A stretch of DNA of 64,000 nt from Hyphomonas sp. (lineage in GTDB: Bacteria; Pseudomonadota; Alphaproteobacteria; Caulobacterales; Hyphomonadaceae), in the NCBI RefSeq assembly GCF_965284475.1, contig NZ_OZ260087.1, forward strand, positions 2,645,646 through 2,709,645, read 5' to 3'. Below, one piece after another: positions 9,099 to 17,595 of this stretch; positions within the stretch are counted from its first letter, which is position 1; every line of letters begins with the position of its first letter. The notes beneath the pieces were generated by a model that saw only the letters and a list, made by a program, of their open reading frames with translations, did no database searches and was not told the DNA's origin. A program made the position numbers and the translations under genes.

Positions 9099-10562
9099 AT
9101 GCAAACCCCCGCCCAGGCCGTCCTCTGCCTCGCCTTCCTCGTCCTCGCCGCCTGCGTCTCGCCCCTGCAGCGCGATCTGGACTCCATCCTCCAGCCGCCG
9201 GAACTCCAGGGCGTGCGCTGGGGCCTCCTCGTCACCGACATGCAGGGCCGCGAGATCGCCGCCCTCAATCCCGACCAGCGCTTCCTGCCCGCCTCCAATA
9301 CAAAACTGTTCACCACCGCAGCCGTCTATCGCTGGCAGGATGATTTCGCTCTCATGGCCCCCCGCCTCGCCACACATGTGACGCTCGAAGACGCAGGGGA
9401 AGCTGCCCCGCCGACCCTCGTCCTGCACGGGCGCGGCGACCCGGCCCTCAGCGACGCGCCCGACTGCGAGACAAGTTGCCTCGCCCACCTCGCAGACGCC
9501 GTTGCCGCCAGCGGCCTCACCCATATCACCCGCGTGATTGGCGACGACACATGGTTCCCGCACGACCGCTGGCCTCCTGGCTGGAGCTGGGAAGACCTGC
9601 AGGCCGATGACGGCACGGCTGTCTCCGCCCTCACCCTGAATGACAATGCCCTCACGCTCAGCGTCACGCCCGCCGCCACAGAGGGCGACCCCGCCATCGT
9701 CGCCTGGGCCGATGGTGCCGCCGCCTATGCGATTCTGAACGAAACCATCACCGCAGCCTCCGAGACAGACGATTTCGTCATTGCCAGGCCGCCCGGCGCA
9801 GACACGGTCCGCGTCTTCGGCCATGTCCCGCCCGGTTCGCCCGCGCGGTCCTACCGGCTCGGAGTGGACAATCCGGCAGCGCTCGCCGCCCGGCGCTTCA
9901 GCGCGTTGCTCGCTGCGCGCGGCCTCACCGTCGACGCCCCCGCCACCGCGCGCCACCGCACACCGGGCCTCGCGGGCGCAGACGCCGCCGCCCTCACCGC
10001 GCTGGAGGCCGGCTCCGCGCCGCTCGCCTCGCTCCCCTCACTGTCCTTTCCCGATGCGCTTGCGGCGGTCTCGAAGGACAGCCAGAACCTCTATGCCGAG
10101 CTCCTGCTGCGCCATCTCGGCCACCTGTCCGAAGACGGCGCGGCCGGGGCCGGACTGACCCGCGTCACCGCCCTGCTGGAAGAGGCCGGCGCCCCGGCCA
10201 ACGGGCACGACCTGTTCGACGGCTCCGGCCTGTCGGTCTATAACCGTGTCAGCCCACGGACGATTGTCACGCTCCTGCGCCACGCCGCGGCGCAGGACTG
10301 GGGCGATGACTGGCGCGCCACCTTTCCCGTCGGCGGCCGCGATGGCTCGCTCCGGCACCGCTTCCGGGGTACAATTCTGGAAGCACGCATCGTCGCCAAG
10401 ACGGGCACCCTCAAAGGCACCAACGCCCTCTCCGGCTACCTCATCACAGCCAGTGGCCAGACCCTTGTCTTCGCCCTTATCGCCAACGAACGTCCCTTGG
10501 TCGTGCCTTCAGTCATCCCGTTCATGGACGCGGCATTGGTTAGGATTGCGGAGGGGAGTTGA
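9099..10562 (+). CDS. dacB: D-alanyl-D-alanine carboxypeptidase/endopeptidase (PBP4, peptidase S13), probable lipoprotein
   Basis: SxxK (PASNTK), SxN (SQN) and KTG (AKTGT) motifs, plus LFDGSGLS and a LAAC lipobox. Confidence 0.9.
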   Translation: MQTPAQAVLCLAFLVLAACVSPLQRDLDSILQPPELQGVRWGLLVTDMQGREIAALNPDQRFLPASNTKLFTTAAVYRWQDDFALMAPRLATHVTLEDAGEAAPPTLVLHGRGDPALSDAPDCETSCLAHLADAVAASGLTHITRVIGDDTWFPHDRWPPGWSWEDLQADDGTAVSALTLNDNALTLSVTPAATEGDPAIVAWADGAAAYAILNETITAASETDDFVIARPPGADTVRVFGHVPPGSPARSYRLGVDNPAALAARRFSALLAARGLTVDAPATARHRTPGLAGADAAALTALEAGSAPLASLPSLSFPDALAAVSKDSQNLYAELLLRHLGHLSEDGAAGAGLTRVTALLEEAGAPANGHDLFDGSGLSVYNRVSPRTIVTLLRHAAAQDWGDDWRATFPVGGRDGSLRHRFRGTILEARIVAKTGTLKGTNALSGYLITASGQTLVFALIANERPLVVPSVIPFMDAALVRIAEGS

Positions 10563-10692
10563 GCGGAATCATGGATGCATAGTCACCATATCTGGTGATA
10601 GATCGACTCGGATGGCGCACGAATCCCGCCGCTCGCCGTGACGCCTTGACCCTTCATCCTCAATTCATCTCACAAGGAAGAAGAGGGCAGAA

Positions 10693-12696
10693 TCAGATAT
10701 CCAGTTCGTCCACAAAGGCCGCGTTTTCCTGGATGAACTTGAAGCGGGTTTCGGCCTTCTTGCCCATCAGCGTGTTGATCAGGTCGCCCGGCTTCAGTTC
10801 GGTCAGTTCGTCCAGCGAATCCGGCAGCGTGATGCGCGCCAGCGTGCGGGTAGCCGGGTTCATCGTGGTTTCCTTCAGCTGAGCAGGGTTCATCTCGCCA
10901 AGGCCCTTGAATCGGGTCATGTCGACCTTCTGGTTCGGCTTGAAATGCTTGGCCATCACTTCGGCGCGGTGGGCCTCGTCCATCGCATAGGCAATCGTAC
11001 CCTTGTTCGACAGGCGGAACAGCGGCGGCATCGCCATGAACAGGCGCCCACTCTCTATCAGACCCGGTGTCATGCGGTAGAAGAAAGTGATCAGCAGCGC
11101 TGCGATATGGGCGCCGTCAACGTCCGCATCGGTCATGATGATGATTCGCTCATAGCGCAATTCATCAAGATCGAACTTGCGGCCAAGCTGGGTGCCGAGC
11201 GCGAGGGCGAGATCGTTGAGTTCCTGGTTGCCTGCCAGCTTGTCGGCCGAGGCGCTTTCCACGTTCAGGATCTTGCCGCGCAAAGGCAGGATGGCCTGCG
11301 TTTTCCGGTCGCGCGCCTGCTTGGCGCTGCCGCCAGCCGAGTCGCCCTCAACGAGGAACAGCTCGGTGCCTTCAGGCCCCTTCTCGGCGCAGTCGGCCAG
11401 CTTGCCGGGCAGGCGCAGGCGCTTGGTGACGGACTTGCGGCTGATCTCTTTCTGCTTGCGGCGGTTGGCGCGCTCCTCGGCCCGGTCAATCGCCCAGGTG
11501 AGCAGCTTCTCGGACTCCTTCGGGCTTCCGGCCAACCAGTGGTCAAACCGGTCGCGCACGGCATTTTCAACAAGGCGGAAGGCCGCCGTGGTCGACAGCT
11601 TGTCCTTCGTCTGGCCAACGAATTCCGGGTTGCGGATGAAGACAGACAGCAAAAGGCCCGAATGGCCCATGATATCTTCGGCCGTGATGTCGGCGCCCTT
11701 TTTCTGGCCGGTCAGCTCGGCAAAGTTGCGCAGGCCCTTGGTGATGGCCGACCGGAAACCGGCCTCATGTGTGCCGCCTTCGGGCGTCGGGATCGTGTTG
11801 CAGTATGAGCGGGCAAAGCCGTCCGCCTCGCCAAAACCGGCGCGGGTCCAGGCAATCGCCCATTCAACCTTGCCTTCCTTGTTCATGTCGACAAGGCCAG
11901 TGAAGGCGGTTTCGGTGATCGTGACCTTGTCATCGAAAACTTCGCCCAGCTGGTCGGCGAGACCATTTGGATAGGAAAGCACGGCTTCGGCCGGGATTTT
12001 CGAATCTTCCGGCAGAAGGGCCGGATCACAGTTCCAGCGCACTTCGACGCCGCGGTAGAGATAGGCCTTCGATCGCGCCATCTGGAACAGGCGAGCCGGG
12101 CGAAAGCGAAGCTTCTCGCCGAAAATCTGATGGTCCGGGCGGAATTTCACGCTCGTTCCACGCCGATTTGGCGCTGCGCCAACCTTTTCAAGTTTTCCCT
12201 TCGGCAGTCCGCGGGAGAATGACTGGCGGTAGAGTATCTTGTCCCGCGCCACTTCAACCTCGACCAGGTCCGACAGGGCGTTGACAACGGAGATCCCGAC
12301 GCCATGCAGTCCGCCGGCGGTTTCATAAGCCTTGTCGGAGAACTTGCCGCCCGAGTGAAGCGTGGTCATGATGACTTCAAGGGCTGATTTCTTGGGGAAT
12401 TTCGGATGCGGATCGACCGGAATGCCACGCCCGTTGTCCGAAACGGTCAGGAATCCGTCGCTTTCGAGCTTGATCTCGATCCGCGTTGCATGGCCGGCGA
12501 CCGCTTCGTCCATCGAATTGTCCAGCACTTCTGCGAACAGGTGATGGTAGGCACGCTCGTCGGTGCCGCCGATATACATGCCCGGCCGCTTGCGAACGGG
12601 CTCGAGGCCTTCAAGGACTTCAATATCCTTGGCCGAATATCCCGAAGAATCTGGTATCATTGCGTCGAACAGCTTTGCTTGATTGGCGGCGGCCAT
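10693..12696 (-). CDS. parE: DNA topoisomerase IV subunit B
   Basis: GHKL ATPase motifs (EVLDNSMDE, DNGRGIP), TOPRIM motifs EGDSAGG, PLRGKILN and IMTDADVDG, and RFKGLGEMN. At 667 aa it lacks the GyrB insertion. AAGGGAG precedes the start. Confidence 0.92.
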   Translation of the reverse strand: MAAANQAKLFDAMIPDSSGYSAKDIEVLEGLEPVRKRPGMYIGGTDERAYHHLFAEVLDNSMDEAVAGHATRIEIKLESDGFLTVSDNGRGIPVDPHPKFPKKSALEVIMTTLHSGGKFSDKAYETAGGLHGVGISVVNALSDLVEVEVARDKILYRQSFSRGLPKGKLEKVGAAPNRRGTSVKFRPDHQIFGEKLRFRPARLFQMARSKAYLYRGVEVRWNCDPALLPEDSKIPAEAVLSYPNGLADQLGEVFDDKVTITETAFTGLVDMNKEGKVEWAIAWTRAGFGEADGFARSYCNTIPTPEGGTHEAGFRSAITKGLRNFAELTGQKKGADITAEDIMGHSGLLLSVFIRNPEFVGQTKDKLSTTAAFRLVENAVRDRFDHWLAGSPKESEKLLTWAIDRAEERANRRKQKEISRKSVTKRLRLPGKLADCAEKGPEGTELFLVEGDSAGGSAKQARDRKTQAILPLRGKILNVESASADKLAGNQELNDLALALGTQLGRKFDLDELRYERIIIMTDADVDGAHIAALLITFFYRMTPGLIESGRLFMAMPPLFRLSNKGTIAYAMDEAHRAEVMAKHFKPNQKVDMTRFKGLGEMNPAQLKETTMNPATRTLARITLPDSLDELTELKPGDLINTLMGKKAETRFKFIQENAAFVDELDI

Positions 12697-12749
12697 GTTT
12701 GGTCTCCCTTAATGGGCACGCGACTCAGTGTCGATATTGGGAGAGCATA

Positions 12750-14051
12750 ATGCCCGTCACGATTAATACCCCGTTAACCCTGCAGAGTGGCCTGACGTTC
12801 CCGAACCGGTTGGTGAAGGCCGCCATGACAGAGGGACTCGCTGATCCGCGCAACCGGGTAACTGATGCGCATTCGACACTTTATCGCCGCTGGGCCGAGG
12901 GCAGGGCGGGCGGCCTGATCACCGGAAACGTCCAGATAGACCGCCAGCATCTGGAGCGCGTGGGCAATGTCGTCATTGATGCAAAAGCCGGTGACGACGA
13001 GATCGGCATGTTCTCGCGCTGGGTGGATGCCGCCAAATCGCAGGGGGCCGCGTTCATCATGCAGGTCAGCCATGCCGGGCGCCAGACACCGAAACTCGTC
13101 AACCCGCGCCCCGCTGCGCCCAGCCCTGTGGCGCTTGGCCTGCCGGGCGGACAGTTTGGCCAGCCTCGGGCGATGACGCAGGATGAAATCCGGCATGTCG
13201 TCGAAGGTTTCGGTCGTGCCACCCGGCTGGCGAAAGAGGTGGGGTTTGACGGCGTTCAGGTCCATGCTGCCCATGGCTACCTGCTAAGCTCGTTCCTTTC
13301 ACCCCTCGCCAATCGCCGCGAAGACGATTGGGGCGGTCCGCTGGAAAATCGCGCGCGCCTGCTTGCCGATTGTGTCCGCGAGACGAAAATCGAAGGCGGA
13401 GCGGCCTTCTCGGTTTCGGTGAAGCTGAACTCGGCTGACTTTCAGAAGGGCGGGTTCAGCCATGTTGATTGCCTCATGGTCATCGACATGCTCAACGCGC
13501 TTGGCGTGGATTTTGTCGAGATTTCCGGTGGCAATTATGAACAACCCAGGATGATGGACATGGAAGGCCTTGAGCCCTCCTTCGAGGAACCGAAGCGCAG
13601 CTCAACCCGCGAACGGGAAGCTTATTTCCTCACTTATGCGAAATCCGTCCAGGATCGTGCCAGCATGCCCCTGATGGTGACAGGCGGATTTCGAACGCTC
13701 GCAGGCATGAATGCGGCCGTCGCAGCGGGCGAAACCGACCTCATCGGAATCGGCCGGCCGCTCTGTGTCGACACGGCAACGCCGATAAAGCTGTTATCAG
13801 GCCAGATCGAGGCGGCCGACCGCTGGGAATCGCGCTTGCGCATTGGCCCGGGCATATTCGGGCCGAATTCGCCGATCAAGCTGATCAAGGCGCTGAACGG
13901 TTTCGGCGCCCAGGGCTGGTATTATGAACAGATACGCTTTCTGGCGGCCGACATGGCGCCTGACCCCGAATTGGGCGTCCTGCAGGCATTCCTGAAGCAT
14001 CAGAGGCGGGAAGCCTCTGGCGCCCGGGCCTGGCGCGCTGCCATGCCTTGA
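12750..14051 (+). CDS. NADH:flavin oxidoreductase / Old Yellow Enzyme family protein
   Basis: NRLVKAAMTE, QVSHAGRQ, HAAHGYLLSSFLSPLANRREDDWGG and GIGRP. ATG at 12750 follows GGGAG. Confidence 0.9.
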   Translation: MPVTINTPLTLQSGLTFPNRLVKAAMTEGLADPRNRVTDAHSTLYRRWAEGRAGGLITGNVQIDRQHLERVGNVVIDAKAGDDEIGMFSRWVDAAKSQGAAFIMQVSHAGRQTPKLVNPRPAAPSPVALGLPGGQFGQPRAMTQDEIRHVVEGFGRATRLAKEVGFDGVQVHAAHGYLLSSFLSPLANRREDDWGGPLENRARLLADCVRETKIEGGAAFSVSVKLNSADFQKGGFSHVDCLMVIDMLNALGVDFVEISGGNYEQPRMMDMEGLEPSFEEPKRSSTREREAYFLTYAKSVQDRASMPLMVTGGFRTLAGMNAAVAAGETDLIGIGRPLCVDTATPIKLLSGQIEAADRWESRLRIGPGIFGPNSPIKLIKALNGFGAQGWYYEQIRFLAADMAPDPELGVLQAFLKHQRREASGARAWRAAMP

Positions 14052-14097
14052 ATTCAGGCGTATTTCCAATTCCCCAGAATCTTGCGCATTCTTCGGG

Positions 14098-14127
14098 TTG
14101 AAGCAGCGCCCCTCGCGATCCACATCT
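14098..14127 (+). promoter_or_regulatory. Putative RpoH (sigma32) promoter for lon
   Basis: TTGAA (14098-14102), a 17-nt spacer and CCACATCT (14120-14127) resemble alphaproteobacterial RpoH -35/-10 elements. lon is a known heat-shock gene. Confidence 0.5.
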
Positions 14128-14216
14128 TAGTCAATCGCCCGACTCTCGTCATGATTGACAGGCAGGGTAAAAAGGGTCGCCGCAAGGCGGGGCCCGTATT
14201 CCAAGGAGGCATTCAA

Positions 14217-16634
14217 ATGCCAAGACTGAAAAACCTTCCGGTGTTGCCGCTTCGGGACATCGTTGTGTTTCCTGACATGGTCGCTCCGCTCTTTGTCGGA
14301 CGCGACAAGTCTGTGCGTGCGCTCGAAATGATCGACGAGGGCGACAATGAAATCATGCTGGTGGCCCAGCGCGACGCCGCGATCGATGATCCTGGCGCCG
14401 GTGACGTGCACGAGATCGGCACCGTGGCCACCATTCTCCAGCTTCTGAAACTGCCCGATGGCACCGTAAAGGTACTCGTCGAGGGCCAGACCCGTGCACG
14501 GCTGAAAACGCTGCATGACCGCGGCGACTATTTCGAAGCTGAAGTTGAAACCATTCCGGAAGCCGATAGTGACGGCGGTGACGTGCAAGCGCTGATGCGC
14601 GCCGTGCAGGAGCAGTTTGAGAATTACGTCAAACTCAACCGCAAGATCCCGCCGGAATCCGTTTCCACAATCGGCCAGCTGACGGAGCCGGGTAAACTGG
14701 CCGATGCCGTTGCCTCACAGCTTTCGGTCAAGATTTCCGACAAGCAGGAATTGCTCGAGCTTCCCGACATCAAGGACCGCCTCGAAAAGGTGTTCGCCCT
14801 GATGGAAGGCGAAATGGGCATGCTGCAAATGGAGCGGAAGATCAAAAACCGCGTCAAGCGGCAGATGGAGAAGACCCAGCGCGAGTATTACCTCAACGAG
14901 CAGATGAAAGCGATCCAGCGCGAGCTGGGTGAGCAGGGCGGCGAAGGCGGCGAACGCGACGAAGTGGCCGAACTCGAGCAGAAGATTGCCGATACGCCCT
15001 TCTCTGAAGAGGCGCGCGCAAAAGCCGAGGCTGAGGTCAAAAAACTGCGCCAGATGTCGCCGATGTCGGCCGAATCCACGGTCGTGCGCAATTATCTCGA
15101 CTGGCTGCTGTCCCTGCCCTGGGGCCAGCGCAAGGATATCCAGACGGACCTGTCCAAGGCCGAGAAACAGCTTGATGACGACCATTACGGCCTTGAAAAG
15201 GTCAAGGAACGCATCCTCGAATACCTTGCCGTGCAGAAGCGCACCGGCAAGCTGAAAGGACCGATCCTGTGCCTGGTTGGCCCTCCGGGCGTCGGCAAGA
15301 CCTCGCTTGGCAAATCCATTGCCGAAGCCACGGGACGCGATTTTGTTCGCGTGTCTCTGGGCGGCGTGCGTGACGAGTCCGAAATCCGTGGTCACCGCCG
15401 CACCTATATCGGCTCGATGCCGGGCCGGATCGTGCAGTCGCTGAAGAAGGCCAAGAGCGGTAATCCGCTCTTCCTGCTCGACGAGATCGACAAGATGGGC
15501 ATGGACCATCGCGGCGATCCTGCTTCGGCCCTGCTCGAAGTGCTCGACCCGGAACAGAATGCGACCTTCAACGACCACTATCTCGAGGTCGACTACGACC
15601 TTTCGGATGTGATGTTCGTCACCACGGCGAACTCGCTCAACATGCCCCAGCCCTTGCTGGACCGCATGGAGATCATCCGGATCGCCGGTTATACCGAGGA
15701 CGAGAAAGTCGAGATCACCAAGCGCCACCTGATCCCTCAGGTGCGGGGCGATCACGGCCTGAAGGACGAGGAATGGATTGTCACCGACGAAGCCGTTCGC
15801 GACCTTGCGCGGTACTATACGCGTGAGGCCGGTGTCCGGTCACTGAAGCGCGAGATTGCGCGTCTGGCCCGCAAGGTGGTGCGCAAGCTGGCAACGGATG
15901 AATCGCTGACCAGCCTGACCATCTCATCAGACAACCTCGCCGATTATGCTGGCGTGCGGAAATTCCGCTATGGCCTCGCTGACGAGACCGATCAGATTGG
16001 TGCCGTCACGGGACTGGCCTGGACGGAATCCGGTGGTGACCTTCTCACGATCGAGGCGGTCAAGATGCCTGGCCGTGGCAATATGAAAGTCACGGGCAAT
16101 TTGCGCGATGTGATGAAGGAATCGATCCAGGCGGCCAGCTCGCTGGTGCGGTCGCGGTCTGTTGCCCTTGGCATAAAGCCGACCGTGTTCAGCACGAACG
16201 ACATCCACGTGCACGTGCCGGACGGCGCGACACCGAAGGATGGCCCTAGTGCCGGTGCGGCCATGACTACGGCCATCGTCTCGCTGCTTACCGGCATCCC
16301 GGTGAACCGTGAGGTCGCGATGACGGGCGAGATTTCGCTGCGCGGACGCGTTCTGCCAATCGGTGGTCTGAAGGAGAAACTCCTGGCGGCTCTGCGCGGC
16401 GGCATCAAGACGGTGCTCATTCCGGAAGAGAACGAGAAGGATCTCGAGGAGATTCCGGACAATGTGAAGACCGGCCTGCGGATCGTGCCTGTGTCGGACA
16501 TCAATGAAGTGCTTGAACTGGCATTGAGCGAACCGCTGAGCCCGATTGTCTGGTCCGAGGCCGACGAGGCTGCCTTGCAGGCAAGCCTGTCCGGCCAGCC
16601 ATCATCCGCGTCGGACGCCGTTCGCACGCACTAG
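14217..16634 (+). CDS. lon: Lon ATP-dependent protease
   Basis: LPVLPLRDIVVFP at the N-terminus, Walker A GPPGVGKTS, Walker B LLDEIDK and catalytic PKDGPSAG. AAGGAGG precedes the ATG at 14217. Confidence 0.97.
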   Translation: MPRLKNLPVLPLRDIVVFPDMVAPLFVGRDKSVRALEMIDEGDNEIMLVAQRDAAIDDPGAGDVHEIGTVATILQLLKLPDGTVKVLVEGQTRARLKTLHDRGDYFEAEVETIPEADSDGGDVQALMRAVQEQFENYVKLNRKIPPESVSTIGQLTEPGKLADAVASQLSVKISDKQELLELPDIKDRLEKVFALMEGEMGMLQMERKIKNRVKRQMEKTQREYYLNEQMKAIQRELGEQGGEGGERDEVAELEQKIADTPFSEEARAKAEAEVKKLRQMSPMSAESTVVRNYLDWLLSLPWGQRKDIQTDLSKAEKQLDDDHYGLEKVKERILEYLAVQKRTGKLKGPILCLVGPPGVGKTSLGKSIAEATGRDFVRVSLGGVRDESEIRGHRRTYIGSMPGRIVQSLKKAKSGNPLFLLDEIDKMGMDHRGDPASALLEVLDPEQNATFNDHYLEVDYDLSDVMFVTTANSLNMPQPLLDRMEIIRIAGYTEDEKVEITKRHLIPQVRGDHGLKDEEWIVTDEAVRDLARYYTREAGVRSLKREIARLARKVVRKLATDESLTSLTISSDNLADYAGVRKFRYGLADETDQIGAVTGLAWTESGGDLLTIEAVKMPGRGNMKVTGNLRDVMKESIQAASSLVRSRSVALGIKPTVFSTNDIHVHVPDGATPKDGPSAGAAMTTAIVSLLTGIPVNREVAMTGEISLRGRVLPIGGLKEKLLAALRGGIKTVLIPEENEKDLEEIPDNVKTGLRIVPVSDINEVLELALSEPLSPIVWSEADEAALQASLSGQPSSASDAVRTH

Positions 16635-16655
16635 ATACTTGCACATCAACAGGAG

Positions 16656-16686
16656 GCGGCCGCGTTCATGACGCGGCCGCTTTTTT
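16656..16686 (+). terminator. Rho-independent terminator after lon
   Basis: GCGGCCGCGT, loop TCATG, ACGCGGCCGC, then TTTTTT. Confidence 0.85.
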
Positions 16687-16765
16687 GTGGCCTGTGCGCA
16701 AGGCGGAACATTGCCCGCTTGCGGCCATTGTTCTGTCAGGAAATCAAACAGACAGGAGACACGCC

Positions 16766-17416
16766 ATGAGAATTCTCGTTGCAGGCGCGACAGGCAATAC
16801 AGGCGCACGCCTTGTGCAAAAACTCACTGACGCTGGCCACACGCCGGTCGCCATGGCGCGTGAGAGTTCCGACACGAGTGTCCTTCCGGAGGGGTGCGAA
16901 ATCAGGCGGGCGGACCTCACCGATCTGCATGGCGACGTCGCCGATGATGTGGATGTCGTGATCTTCGCAGCAGGTTCGGGCGGCCAGACCGGCAAGGATA
17001 TGACAGACAATGTCGACCGCGATGGCGCCATTGCGCTGATAGACGCATCGGCTCGTGCGAACGTCAGCCGTTTCGTCATGCTCAGTTCTGTCGGCGCAGA
17101 TGACCCTTCAAAGGGGGCGGATGGCATTCGGCATTATCTTGAAGCCAAGCAGATCGCCGACATGCACCTCAAGGACGCTGGCATGCCTTATGTCATCGTC
17201 CGGCCGATCACACTCAGCGATGATGAAGGCAAGGGTCGTGTCGAGCTGGCAGATCATGTTGACCGCGGTGGCAAGGTGACGCGCGATGACGTTGCCGCCG
17301 TGCTGGCTGAATCCGCAACACAGGCGGGCATGAATAGCAGAGTGTTCGAGATGGCGTCGGGCAATACACCGGTCGCACAGGGGGTTGCCGACGTCGCCGC
17401 CTGGCCGGACCAATGA
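16766..17416 (+). CDS. NAD(P)H-binding atypical SDR family protein (NAD_binding_10-like)
   Basis: MRILVAGATGNTG Rossmann motif, VIFAAGSG, RFVMLSSVG and YVIVRP. CAGGAG precedes the start. Confidence 0.85.
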   Translation: MRILVAGATGNTGARLVQKLTDAGHTPVAMARESSDTSVLPEGCEIRRADLTDLHGDVADDVDVVIFAAGSGGQTGKDMTDNVDRDGAIALIDASARANVSRFVMLSSVGADDPSKGADGIRHYLEAKQIADMHLKDAGMPYVIVRPITLSDDEGKGRVELADHVDRGGKVTRDDVAAVLAESATQAGMNSRVFEMASGNTPVAQGVADVAAWPDQ

Positions 17417-17490
17417 GGGCAAAGCGTGCTTTTTGACACGCGCACTCTTGCTTTTTGGCGCAATTCTCAGCACAAGCCACCGACCGGATA

Positions 17491-17566
17491 GGGCGGTTAG
17501 CTCAGTTGGTAGAGCATCTCGTTTACACCGAGAGGGTCAGCGGTTCGAGCCCGTTACCGCCCACCA
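17491..17566 (+). tRNA. tRNA-Val (anticodon TAC), CCA encoded
   Basis: GGGCGGTTAGCTCAGTTGGTAGAGCATCTCGTTTACACCGAGAGGGTCAGCGGTTCGAGCCCGTTACCGCCCACCA. Acceptor stem GGGCGGT/ACCGCCC, anticodon stem TCTCG/CGAGA with loop TTTACAC, and a GGTTCGA T-loop. Confidence 0.97.
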
Positions 17567-17595
17567 CCGGACCCAGGTAACACGCAGCGCCGGTA

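Noticed and set aside
10583-10598. Palindrome TCACCA-N4-TGGTGA between dacB and parE
   Set aside because: It is short, lies between convergent 3' ends and has no U tract, so no function can be supported.
1613-16214. Long alternative-frame ORFs in the core region (e.g. 1613..2752, 2900..3658, 6952..7851, 8287..9381, 9072..9956, 10945..11808, 14715..15755)
   Set aside because: They are shadow ORFs overlapping well-supported genes in GC-rich DNA and carry no recognisable motifs.
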